From: Neoconidiobolus thromboides FSU 785
Lineage: Eukaryota > Fungi > Entomophthoromycota
Direction: 5' to 3'
Assembly: GCA_025603075.1 (NCBI GenBank)
Contig: MU626291.1
Span: forward strand, 62,001 to 126,000
DNA length: 64,000 bases
Below the pieces are notes generated by a model, which was given only the letters and a program-made list of their open reading frames with translations, searched no databases and was not told where the DNA came from. Below are positions 51,108-62,930 of this stretch, one piece after another; position 1 is the stretch's first letter; each line of letters starts with the position of its first letter. The position numbers and the translations under genes were made by a program.

Positions 51108-52902
51108 TTCCTATACTTTCAATTTACTAGATGAAATAAAAAATTAATATTAATTAATGCTGAGTTTTATTTTGTTTAATTTTAATAACTTAGCATTTGT
51201 TATAAAGTACTACATCACAAACCGAATCGATGACTTTCCTATAAAAATTCATTACTCACACTTAATATAATAGTTGATAAAGCTAATTTTTGATAATGAA
51301 GTCTAAAAATAATAAAAATTAGTGACAAGACATTTGAATAGAGAAATGATATAACTTAAACTACTCTTTGTCGAGAGTTTAACTATATCTCAAATTCTAC
51401 TCAAAGGCTCAAATTCGTCCATCAAAGTTATAACATAAATTTAGTTAAATTTTTAATAAGCTTGTACTTCAAACATTGAACATTTTGTCAAGTTAATAAT
51501 GTGTGTTGAACATAATTAGAAACCGCTTTTGATGTAAAAACTTTTATTTTCCTTAAAAAATTAGTAACAATATAGATCCAAACGATTGGGTTACATTGTT
51601 TTAAAAATTTTATTTCCTGTTTATTTCAACTAGAAAGTTAAAGTACAGCCACATTTTTTTCAAGAAATTATTAGGATTTTCCTAAAGTAATCTGATCTTT
51701 TTGATTTATAAAAATAGACTATATGAGCTACAATAACAACTTCATTTTTCAAAATTTTGTTAAGAATTATTTTAATTTAAATGTTTTAATTTTACTTCCA
51801 CTATAAAAATGTAGTTGGTTGTATTCCACAATCACCAATAATAAAACATTTACCAATTTATTATTGGCTTATAATAACTGTTTAAAAGATTGAAAACAAC
51901 ACTATAGTGGAGAATGTTATTTAATTATAATATTTTTTAAATCGGAGTTTACCTCTTTTGGCAATTATAACTAATTTTTATAAAATTAGTTTTATAGTTG
52001 CAGTTGGTTACTCTTGCCACTTGCACCACAAGGCCAGACTACTTTAGAAAAATCCTAATAATAGGAATTCAAAATATAAAAATTAACTTTAATATAGGAA
52101 TAATACAAAATATAAAGTAAGCGTTTTATAATTCCATTCTTTTCAATTTACAAAGTAATCAAGTAGTATTTTTACAGTTTATTGATCAACTTTACTAAAA
52201 TGCTAATGATAGAGAGCATCCTTGTCTTCAATTATATAAGTTATGAAAAAAACGAAAGCTCTGAGGTATTTATAAATATAAACATGGACTTTTATCGATC
52301 GTTTACCTATATCTAAAAAAAAGAAAAGTAATAACTTTTATTTAAGAGAAGGTGCTTTATTTACTAATAAGAAGCCCTTATAACTTAAAATATTTAATAT
52401 AAAGCATTTTGCTTATTAAAATAACATAGTTGATTAAAAATCAATGAGATTCTATTGCTGTTTTAAAGATTTTTATTGAATATTGGTTAAAAAAAGAAAT
52501 AGTAGAGCCTTGGGTAAATGAAATGAAACAGAAGTTATTAAATAGGAATAAAACCAAAATTTTATATTTTATAAATTCATAGTTTATTAACAACTACTTT
52601 AATGAAGAATGGAATAGAGTGAGGAAGTATTGGATTCTATAGTAGATAATCAAAAAAACGATATATATATAACAGTAAAATAACACATAAGTTGTTTTAT
52701 ATTTGAGTTCCAAATTTTTATTGTAAATCGTTTTAGTTTAATTTTAAATTGATACATCAAAAAACTTAGCTACCCTTTGTTCATTTACTAAAGATAAGTA
52801 GTTTACAATAAATTGTACCACTATATGGAATAAACCCTTGGTTTTAATTCATCTGTATATAAAAACTTACAAAAAAATAACAATCATTTTTATTCTATTA
52901 AA

Positions 52903-53995
52903 ATGAGTGTTATTAACCTCGATAACAAAATAATTCAAGAGTTAAGTTTAGGGATAGTTGAAAAACAATGGGAAGCAGTAGAAGTATTAAGTACTTTCGA
53001 CAACAGGCCCATTTAGCCCATGACAAAACAAATTGTATAACTGAGTTTATGGATGAATATAGTGAAAAGGCAGCTGAAGAAATTGATATCAACATACAAT
53101 CTGGTAAAGAGTATGATTTNNNNNNNNNNNNNNNNNNNNNNNNNNNNNNNNNNNNNNNNNNNNNNNNNNNNNNNNNNNNNNNNNNNNNNNNNNNNNNNNN
53201 NNNNNNNNNNNNNNNNNNNTCTACTAAGAAAAAAAGATTTGGGTATTTCACTTCTTGTGATAGTTTGCCTACTACACCAGCAGTTGAAAGAGCAGTAAAC
53301 GAAGCAGTACAAGCATTAGAAAATCAAGGGTATCAAGCAGTAGAATTTAAATCTGCACCAATGATAAATATCTTTTGTTTTGGTAGTGATATCCTTGAAG
53401 TTAATTCAAGCCAAGAGGCACTCAGTAAATTAGCCAATGAGGGTTACCGTCCATCAATTAGAGAAATAGTGTTTATGGGAAAATTACCAGAAGCTGTAAA
53501 GGCGAGTATCATTTATATATTGCACCTGTTTGGCGAAAATTTATTGGTCTATGCAGTTAATGTTCAAATAGAAAGAAGTGCTGAAGAGCTTTGGGAACTA
53601 CATCATAAAGTAGAAACTTATTTTGTTGTTTATAAAGCAATATGAAGAATCAGGTACTGGCTTTTAATTTTTCCAATGCATGTTTTACCTTTTCATAAAC
53701 ACGACGAATTTATAAAAACATTTTCTGCGACTTCTCTATATTCTATACTACATTCGTTTGAATTGAGTGATTAGCTAAGTGGTAAAATTATCAATGTACT
53801 TAACTTAGGGAGAGAGGTTTAAAAGATCTATGTGGCTGTTATGATACTATAGAAATCCAAGGACTTCCAGTTGGATTACAAATCAGTTTTAAAAAGTATG
53901 AAGATTCTAAAGTATTGGAAGCTATGGAAACGGTGGATGGTGCTTTAAAAGAATTTAACAAAAAGAGTCAGTACTTTTCCATAAAAAGTTCTTAA
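52903..53995 (+). pseudogene. Disrupted amidase paralogue spanning an assembly gap
   Basis: Colinear with the 55045 gene; apparent 1-bp frameshift near 52990, in-frame TGA at 53643-53645, ~50-bp deletion near 53745. Confidence 0.8.
53120..53219. other. Assembly gap (100 N)
   Basis: Run of N; the corresponding segment of the 55045 paralogue is 565 bp. Confidence 0.99.
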
Positions 53996-55044
53996 TATAA
54001 TACTTTTTTGGATTTCATTATTTTAATGGCTACTCAATAAATTTAATGCAAAAGAAATTTCAGATATTTTGTATATAAAATGTGAACTTATCATAAAATA
54101 CCAACTTTATTAAATTTAATCAATTCAACATGTTTTTATAGATTTTTCACCACTAGCTTCAACTTTATAAAAAATAGCAAATTTTTCATTACAAATACAA
54201 CTGATTTTAATACTGCTGATTTTTTTGCAAACTTTCTACTATTGCAATCTTATACCCTTATCGTTTATCAAATTATTTATTTAGAGTAAATGTTAAGTGT
54301 TAATATTGAAAGACATTGAAAACGAATTTTTCTTACAAAAGTAAAAACTTATCATTTTTTTGTAGACACTTCTTTTATAATATTAAGTCCTGACATACTT
54401 GGTTTCCAAGCTAATAAAATTAAACCTTTGGAGTTTTGTTTTTGGTAGAATGAGAGCAAAATAAGATTTAGTTGGCTAAAAAAATTCATTTTGGGAAGCC
54501 TATTTTTAGCATTTGTTACAAATCTCTGACTCAGTATTTATTTAAAGCAGTGACAGTCAATTCATCTTAGAATCCTTGAATTCACGAGGTTAACACAAAT
54601 CTAAAATGAACAGAATAACTATTCTAAAGTTCTTCACAGATGGTTATGAGTTGAATAACTTTTTAAAAATTAGACTTTAATTAACATCAAATTTAAGCTC
54701 GGGATTTAGTTGAATATTAACTCAATTCGCTAAAACTTAAAATTGCCATATTAGAAAGCTAACTAAATGAAATAGTCAGTGAGTGTCATGTAAAACTATA
54801 TGAAGTGAATAAATTGGACCTGTGGATAGAGTTGGAATCTGTCATTATTTATGCCTGCTAAAGCTCGCACTTTTCTATATCATTTAGCTATCCTTTAAGG
54901 TTGAATTTTTATTATAGTTTTAATTCATAAAGTTATTAATTTTTTCTGAAACAAGAACATTTGGTAAGTTTAAATTCTCTCACAAGTATAAAAACAAACT
55001 GTAAAATAAATAATTCTAATTTATAGTAAAATAAATAACAAAAA

Positions 55045-56640
55045 ATGTATACTATTAATTTCAGTGATAAAACGATCCAAGAGTTAAGTTTAGGGATAGT
55101 GGAAAACCGATGGAAAGCAATAGAGGTACTAAATCATTTTCAACAAAAAGCACATTTGGCAAATGAAAAAACAAATTGTATAACTGAGTTTATGGATGAA
55201 TATAGTGAAAAGGCAGCTGAAGAAATTGATATCAACATACAATCTGGTAAAGAGTATGATTTAAATAAATATCCTTTATTAGGTGTTCCAGTATCTATAA
55301 AAGATTTATTTGATGTACAAGGTTATGATACTGTTGCTGCGTATCAAATAAATATAGGAAAGAAAGCGAATGAAGATGCAGGTATCGTGAAACTGATTAA
55401 ACAATTAGGTGGTATTCCATTTTGTAAAACAACCATATGTCAATTTGCAATTACAAGTGAAAGTTCAAGTTCTTTACATGGGACTACATATAATGCCTAT
55501 AATCCAAAGTATTCAGCAGGTGGTAGTAGTTCTGGCGAAGGTCCTTTGATTGCTCTGAAAGGGTCTCCATTAGGTATTGGCTCCGATATAGGCGGTAGTT
55601 TAAGATATCCATCAGCATGGAATGGAATCTATACAATCAAACCCAGTTTTGATATTTTACCTAGCAATGGTAGCTTCATTTTTGAAAGGGGACAAAGTTT
55701 TATTAAAGCGGTAACGGGACCAATGGCTAGTAATGTAACTGATTTAAAATATATATGGGAAGCTTTGTTAAGCAAAGACTTACGAACTTTTGACCCGAAT
55801 TGTATTCCGTTGGCTAAAATGGAACCATCTACTAAGAAAAAAAGATTTGGGTATTTCACTTCTTGTGATAGTTTGCCTACTACACCAGCAGTTGAAAGAG
55901 CAGTAAACGAAGCAGTACAAGCGTTGGAAAAGGGAGGCTATGAAGCGGTAAAATTTCAACCCCACTCTATGCTTGAAGTGTTTGGTTTAGCTAGTAAGAT
56001 TTTTGGTGCTAACTCAAGCAAAGAAAGTTTTGAAAAAGTAACTAGTGAAGGATATCATTCAACCATTCGAAATTTAGTGTTTTTTGCTAAGCTACCAGGA
56101 ATAGTGAAATCGTTCTCAGAATGGGTTCTAAAATTGTTTGGGGAAGAATTAATAAGTTATGGAGCTAGCATTCAACATCAAAGGAAAGTAGACGAACTTT
56201 GGAAGCTGCAGCATGAAGTGGAAAGTTATTTTATAGAGTTTACAAACCATTATGAAGAATTAGATATCGAGTTTTTAATTTCTCCAATACATGTTTTACC
56301 TTGTCATAAACATGGTGAATTTATCAACACTTGTTCTGGGGCGGCCTATTCTCTATATTTTAATATTTTAAATATACCATCAGGCATAATACCAGTTACA
56401 AATGTAGATCCTAAAGTGGATTCTTTTGAATTGAAGGAATGGTTAAATGATAAGATCAGTAATGGCCTTAAGTTAGGTAGAAAGGGATTAACCGACTTTT
56501 ATGGTTGTTATGATGCTACAGAAATGCAAGGGCTTCCAGTTGGATTGCAAATCAGTTGCAAAAGGTATGAAGATTCTAAAGTATTGGAAGCTATGAAGAT
56601 TGTAGATGATACTTTAAAAGAGTTTAAAAAGATGAGTTAA
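55045..56640 (+). CDS. Amidase signature family enzyme (FAAH/acetamidase-like)
   Basis: GVPVSIKD (Lys), AGGSSSGEG, GSDIGGSLRYP (Ser-cisSer-Lys triad), GLPVGLQI. Confidence 0.95.
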   Translation: MYTINFSDKTIQELSLGIVENRWKAIEVLNHFQQKAHLANEKTNCITEFMDEYSEKAAEEIDINIQSGKEYDLNKYPLLGVPVSIKDLFDVQGYDTVAAYQINIGKKANEDAGIVKLIKQLGGIPFCKTTICQFAITSESSSSLHGTTYNAYNPKYSAGGSSSGEGPLIALKGSPLGIGSDIGGSLRYPSAWNGIYTIKPSFDILPSNGSFIFERGQSFIKAVTGPMASNVTDLKYIWEALLSKDLRTFDPNCIPLAKMEPSTKKKRFGYFTSCDSLPTTPAVERAVNEAVQALEKGGYEAVKFQPHSMLEVFGLASKIFGANSSKESFEKVTSEGYHSTIRNLVFFAKLPGIVKSFSEWVLKLFGEELISYGASIQHQRKVDELWKLQHEVESYFIEFTNHYEELDIEFLISPIHVLPCHKHGEFINTCSGAAYSLYFNILNIPSGIIPVTNVDPKVDSFELKEWLNDKISNGLKLGRKGLTDFYGCYDATEMQGLPVGLQISCKRYEDSKVLEAMKIVDDTLKEFKKMS

Positions 56641-57303
56641 ATTTTATTGTATTGAACTATTTTTACTTATGTGTCTATTTTTATCTAAATAAAAGCATCA
56701 AGTCACTGATTATTTGAGTTTGAAATAGAAATAGTTGTTCGTTGTTAAAAGAAGTATTATTAGTAATTATTAGATTATTTTTTTAAGTCTATAGTAACTA
56801 AAATTTATAACATGAAAGGTACTAAAAGGTATATCAACACTTAATAATGTTATTAATATTATTTTTTATTTTAAGAAATACATTAAACCTAATATTACTA
56901 TTTATACATTTTAGTAAAATAATATTGTCAGCTTTTTACTAATCAAAAATTATATCGATTTTCAAATTATATTATAGAACAATTATAAAAAATTATATAT
57001 TATCTATTCAATGTCCAAAATACAACTATTGAACAAATAAGTGAACCTGTTACTACACTCAGAGAAGGAGATACTAATAAACATAAATACTCAAATTATC
57101 GATCTTCATTGTCAATAAGTATTATATTTTTATCAATTATAGGTTGTTTCATCAGATTAGAGATCGTATCTTACAGTAATCTCAATTGGTTTAATACCAT
57201 AATAATAGAAGAAATATTAGGATTATGTAAAAAAGAATAAGAGTTGATTTCTATTTATTCCAGTTAAGTTACAAAAAATGAGAAATATAGTAATAAAGCA
57301 TTT

Positions 57304-57402
57304 GGGAGTGTCTTTTTTGACTTCATTATTTTTTCCAATTTTTAAGTGCTATCTAAGTGGAAAATTTGCCAGTAAGATTCTTAAATACAAAAATACATCC
57401 CC
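57304..57402 (+). mobile_element. MITE copy with ATTT TSD
   Basis: GGGAGTGT...ACATCCCC; ATTT at 57300-57303 and 57403-57406. Confidence 0.92.
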
Positions 57403-57598
57403 ATTTGGAATAATTAATAATTTAAGTTTACTAACAATTAAAATTGAGTTAAAATCAATTTTGATAGGTTCAAATCAATTCGTTACTATATGCCTATTAA
57501 GTAAATAATTTTGTAGAAGAATAATGATAATAACTCTTTTTAAAATAGTAAATTACTCCACTCCAAAAACGTATTTGATATCGTTGATATTCTATATA

Positions 57599-57694
57599 TG
57601 AGATGTATTTTAATCTTTAAGAATTTTACTAACAATTTTTCTATTCAAATAGCCCTTAAAAAATGAAAAAATAATGAAATAAAAAAACATCCCG
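57599..57694 (-). mobile_element. MITE copy (reverse, degenerate)
   Basis: GAGATGTATTTT...AGAATTTTACTAACAA...TTCAAATAGCCCTTAAAA...AAAAAACATCCCG. Confidence 0.85.
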
Positions 57695-58173
57695 ATACCT
57701 TGGCTTCCCTTTTATCACTTCAAATAAATTATCCCTTCCATTTAATTTAAGTAATCTTTAATCGAATTAAATATCATATACTACCTTTTTTTTGACATTA
57801 TTGAAAAATGTTAGTTAAAGATTTTTATTAATATATTAAATTTCATTTATTGATATTTTATTTTTTTGTTTTATTAAATATCACACTTGATTTTCTTTAC
57901 TCTAGCTCCTAATTTATGGTGCTATACCTTATCTTTATACTCTTAAAATAAAGGTAATTATTGATAGTTTTATGAATTTTTTAATAATATTTATCTTTGT
58001 AATATTTAGACAATAGTTGTAATGTACCTTATGAAGAAATGTGTGAGTTAGAAGTGGATAAATTAACATTAGAATTGGTCATTAAGACTAGTTACAAGTT
58101 AATAGATAATAAGGCTATTTTAGTTATAATATATAATATAGTCAATAATTTTACTAGTGGTTAATAAATATAT

Positions 58174-58269
58174 GGAAATATATATTTTTATTTAAGGATT
58201 TTATTAACAACCTTTCTACTCAAATAGTACTTAAAGAATGGAAAAATAATGAAATCAAAAAAAATCCTC
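58174..58269 (-). mobile_element. MITE copy (reverse)
   Basis: Reverse family core (CTCAAATAGTACTTAAAGAATGGAAAAATAATGAAATC), ATAT TSD. Confidence 0.85.
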
Positions 58270-59011
58270 ATATAGAATTTAAGAATTAAAAGAATTAAAA
58301 GATACATTAGATTACAACTAATATTTTAATTTACGCTCAATGACTCCAACTATATTAAACAATTTTAATAAAAGTGTATCAAATGTTTTATATTAATTTA
58401 ATAAGAGAATAATTACAATGGCGTTAATTTGATTATTTAATAGTATATTCAAAATTCAAACTTAAAGTAGCAACTATTTAATTTAATTATACAGGGCTTT
58501 TAAATATGAGGTATTTAAAATTCTATATTATTATTATAGGAATAATTGTATTAAATATTTTCCCTCTTAAAATTAGTTCTAATTTTTATCAACAAATTAA
58601 ATTTATTATTATTTTTAATACTTTATTTCATATTTAATCTTAACGTTATATTTTTTAATCATATTAAACAGTAAAAATTTATTAATTTTTAATCACTTTT
58701 TCGATCATTAAAAAATGACCAATAATAACTCTAAAAATTCCACTTTATTGGTAAAATTTTCAAAGTGAAGTAAGCCCTTTAAAAAAATTCTAATCAATTA
58801 AGAGGTTCCAATCCTCGGTACCTACGATGAATATTTCAATACTACAAATTCCAGAGGCTAACAATATAACAAATAATAAAACTTAATGAAGCGTATAAAA
58901 CAACTACCAAATACCTTCAATACTTTCAATACCTTTAATTTTTATTTTTTTCTTTATAACTACTTAATCTCATTTATTTTTTTACTCTGGCCAGTAAAAA
59001 AACATCTATAA

Positions 59012-61270
59012 ATGTATCAACTAATCTTAATAAGCACATTAATTCAAGCCATCAGTAATCATATTATTGATGAGGCTAGTATTAATTTAGGGAAAAAATT
59101 TCAAGATAGTAGTAAAACAGTATTACCCACAGATCAAGATATCACTTTAAAATCAGGAAAACGATATGAATATCCGTTTATGGCTTTAATTTCGGATCAA
59201 AAAACCCAATGTGGTGGAGCATTTATAAAACAAGATGTAGTATTGACAGCGGCTCATTGTATGAACAAAGATATTGATTATAATGTAAAAAATTTTAAAG
59301 TTATGTTACATCGTTTTCGATTAGATGTAGATTTAGATTCGGATAATTCAAAACCATTTTCAATTCAACAAGTAATTTTTCATCCAGAATACAACTTTAA
59401 TAAAAAATCAGGCACTCCAAATGATATTGTTATATTAAAAATAAATAATGATAATTTGAAAGAATATTTGGGCATCAATTTGAATAATATGATTACTTTA
59501 GATGATGGTAAATATTCTAAGGTAGGTGAAGGGGCTAAATTATTAGGTTGGGGTACAACTTATAAACAATTAGAAACTAATAAAAAAGGAAAACCAAGTT
59601 TAGTATTAAAAGAAATGAATTTAAAATTAGTGAATGAAAAATTGTGTAATTTTGTTGGTTATAAAAGAGGTTATAATTTATGTACCCAAGGCTTATCAAT
59701 GGATGATATTCCTTGTAAAGGGGATTCGGGTAGTCCATTGTTTCATTTATCTGAAGATACTACTTTACCTGTTTTGGTTGGTTTAGTTTCCTTTGGTGAT
59801 TTGGAATGTAAAAGTTATTCTGCTTTTGTTAAAATTTCAGCTTATTTGGATTTTATTAATGAATTTGTAGAATTACCTCAATATAATAAATCAATTAATG
59901 GGAATACTACTAATACTTCATCAGTAATAAATAAATCTATGGTTATTTCAGAATCTAATGTATCTAGTTCTATATCAACTACTTCAACCACTGTTATTCC
60001 TACTCTTATTCCATCCGAACCTAAAGCAACAGTTACTAAGACAGCCATTATAAATGAAACTACACCAACTATTAAACCAGCTGATATCAATACTCTTTCA
60101 TCTATTACAGTAACAGTAACTGAAAAAGAACCAATAATTACTTCATCAACTGTTTTAGAGTCAATGACTACTTTCGAGACATTGAGTAATTCTAAATTAA
60201 TTCCAGAGTCTGTGACTCCAACTTCATTAATTTTATCTCCCACAGAACTCAACTCAATTAAAGTTAAATCAACTGCTGATACTGATGAATTAAGTTCTAT
60301 TCGAGTCAAACCAACTAATGTAGTTAATGAACCTACCTCAACATTCTCAGAAATGCTTGGAGATCAAAAGGAGTTAATTCGTACTGCTTCGATAGAATAT
60401 GAAACGAATAAACCAATATTAAACAGTTCAACAAATAGAAGTAATAGTAATCTAAAACCAACCTCTATATCAGAGGATGCTTCTGTAATGGAATCTTCCG
60501 ATATTGTAAAACCAACTTCAATGTCTGAAGATATTTTAACTATGAAATCTACAAGTATTCCATCCAATGAAACTTCCAATATAGTTCAACCAACTTCTCT
60601 TTTGGAAGATAATTCTAAAACGGAACCTATTGCTGCTAGTACTGAGTTAACAAATGCGGCTACTGAAGGCAGTTCTAATTCGAGGACCAATAGTTTTAAT
60701 CAAACCCCCATTTCTACTAAATCTAGTTCCATTTTAAAAACTAGTAGTACAGACGGTATTGACATTGCTACTGATATTAGCTCTACTCTAAAACCTAGTA
60801 TCACTGGGTTAACAGATACACCTTTAAAAGCTAGCTCTACTTTGGAACTTAATGACACTGAATTGAGCTCTATTCCTACTGAAGCTAGCTCCAGTTTAAC
60901 AGCTAAGAATGCTGAAACCACTTCTATTCCTACAAAACTTAATTCTAGTTTGGAATCTGAGAATGTTGAATTGATTCCTACACCAACAGATGTTAATTTT
61001 ACTTTAAGTAAATTACCATCCATTAGAGTAGCAACTGGATCTGGATCAACCTTACCAACTGTAGCAACTAGTACTTTAAATTCCTTACCTAGTAAACTTT
61101 ATAAAACAAATAATGCTTCAATTACTTCATCTATACCTTCAGTTAATGAATTAGAACCCGTTGTTAAAGAAGTAGCTAAGAATATGGAATCCAACCCAAA
61201 GATGAGTGATAATCAAGTAAAGGAATTAATTCAATATTTACTTGGAAAATATACTCACAGTAAAAAATAA
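59012..61270 (+). CDS. Secreted trypsin-fold (S1) serine protease with long Ser/Thr-rich tail
   Basis: CGGAFI, LTAAHC (His), NDIVILK (Asp), GDSGSPL (Ser); ~450 aa of S/T/P-rich low-complexity C-terminus. Confidence 0.92.
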   Translation: MYQLILISTLIQAISNHIIDEASINLGKKFQDSSKTVLPTDQDITLKSGKRYEYPFMALISDQKTQCGGAFIKQDVVLTAAHCMNKDIDYNVKNFKVMLHRFRLDVDLDSDNSKPFSIQQVIFHPEYNFNKKSGTPNDIVILKINNDNLKEYLGINLNNMITLDDGKYSKVGEGAKLLGWGTTYKQLETNKKGKPSLVLKEMNLKLVNEKLCNFVGYKRGYNLCTQGLSMDDIPCKGDSGSPLFHLSEDTTLPVLVGLVSFGDLECKSYSAFVKISAYLDFINEFVELPQYNKSINGNTTNTSSVINKSMVISESNVSSSISTTSTTVIPTLIPSEPKATVTKTAIINETTPTIKPADINTLSSITVTVTEKEPIITSSTVLESMTTFETLSNSKLIPESVTPTSLILSPTELNSIKVKSTADTDELSSIRVKPTNVVNEPTSTFSEMLGDQKELIRTASIEYETNKPILNSSTNRSNSNLKPTSISEDASVMESSDIVKPTSMSEDILTMKSTSIPSNETSNIVQPTSLLEDNSKTEPIAASTELTNAATEGSSNSRTNSFNQTPISTKSSSILKTSSTDGIDIATDISSTLKPSITGLTDTPLKASSTLELNDTELSSIPTEASSSLTAKNAETTSIPTKLNSSLESENVELIPTPTDVNFTLSKLPSIRVATGSGSTLPTVATSTLNSLPSKLYKTNNASITSSIPSVNELEPVVKEVAKNMESNPKMSDNQVKELIQYLLGKYTHSKK

Positions 61271-61394
61271 CAAGTTGATATAAGGATTATGATGTCAATA
61301 AACATATAAAATATATAAAAAATGTATACTTTTCTTATTTTTAAACTCAATGTTTTTATTTTTATTACTTTTGTTCATTCTTTTAAAACCAAAA

Positions 61395-62685
61395 TTACCA
61401 CTTTGGATAACCAAATTGTTTAGTTGCTTGTAAAAAGGGAGCGTATGCTAAATAAATAAATATTATTATATTGTAAATATATATTATATAAACTTACTTG
61501 TATGACAATCACTATTTTCATAATGTAATAATGCCTTTGGCATCATTTGGTTTAAATTTTTTAATCGATATTCCGAACTTGGATGAGTTGATAAAAAACT
61601 TAATTTACCAAACATACCATCTAATTGAGACATTCTTTCCCATACTCTCAATGCTATTTTAATATTATTAATATTATGTATTGTTATTATAAACTATTAT
61701 AAATCATTATAAGTTTACCTTCTTTTGGATTAAAACAAGCTCTGGATGCCAATATTAAGCCAATTTCATCTGCTTCAATTTCGCATTTTCTACTAAATGG
61801 TAAAAATATACCTTTAATAATAAAAATTGTTGATTATTAATATTGTACTATTGGATTATTATTTACCTAATTCTAAAAAGTATTTATTAAACAAAAAGGA
61901 AGGATCTGTAATTAAAGATATTAAAAAAGTTCCCTATAACTTATTATTAACTCAATATTCTATTGAAAGTAGCTACTTACCAAATAAACTAATTGATTAA
62001 AGGACATCTTTTCAGCTGAATGTCGAGCAATTTGATGAGCTACCTAAAATAATAATAAAATAAAAATGCTCTACTATTATAATGAACTACTTACTTCATG
62101 TCCCAAAATAATCCCTAAAGCATCTTTGTTATCAGCTACTTCTAAAATACCAGTGAAAACAAAGATTTTGCCACCTAAAAAAAGCATCATCAATCTTCAA
62201 TCTTGCATCAATCTATTTCTTTTTAAAAAAAAATTAATTCTACCTGGTAAAACAAAAGCATTTGGTATTTTATCATGAATGACGTTCACTTCCCATTTTA
62301 AATCTAAACCAGAAACATTAATAATTCGTTCGGCTACTTCTTGCACATATCGACTAACTCGATGATTTTTATCCACTAGTTTATGACCATACTCTGATAA
62401 TACTTGTTCGTATGCTTGTATACTTAATTTTTCTTCTGCTTCTAAACTCATATTGATAAATCTCATACGCCCACTGATAGGTACGGGCTCAAGATGAACA
62501 TAGTAGTATACTCCTAATAAACCTCCTCCACCAAGGATAAGTAATCGACTGTCAATACCAAATTTCGTTTTATTAACTGTATTGAAGCGCTGATATTGTT
62601 GATTGTTACCGAAACGTCGCAGTTGAATGGGTTTAATATGGTGAGATTTAAGTGTACGCTGAAGGGATTTGAATAAAAGTGACAT
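61395..62685 (-). CDS. OMA1: Mitochondrial M48 metalloprotease OMA1 (multi-exon)
   Basis: Presequence, VPISGRMRF, PNAFVLPGGKIFVFTG, HEVAHQIARH zinc motif, EIEADEIG, STHPSS. Confidence 0.9.
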
Positions 62686-62930
62686 TTTGTTTGAAGTTTG
62701 ACTTTATGAAATACAAAAAAAGAAATGTTAGTGACGTAAAAATTAAAATTTTGATTTATTAAAATTTATTAGATTTGATGTTTTTGTTTGAAAAACTTCA
62801 ACAAAATTTCATGAAGAAATTAAAAATTATATATGATCCTAAATAAAATAAAATAAAATAAAATAATTATTTTTATTAATTTAAAATTTCATTATTAAGT
62901 TTTATTATAGTACTTATAATATTTAAATCA

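Noticed and set aside
51950-52680. Codon-like fragments (e.g. WLKKEIVEPWVNEMK) suggesting another TE relic
   Set aside because: Too short and broken to assign to any family.
54001-54030. TTTTTTGGATTTCATTATTTT fragment resembling the MITE 5' part
   Set aside because: No core or termini; not counted as a copy.
4552-61023. Numerous short antisense or shadow ORFs in the track (e.g. 9663-10082, 29958-30215, 59878-60309, 60700-61023)
   Set aside because: They overlap well-supported genes on the other strand or frame and reflect low-complexity codon bias.
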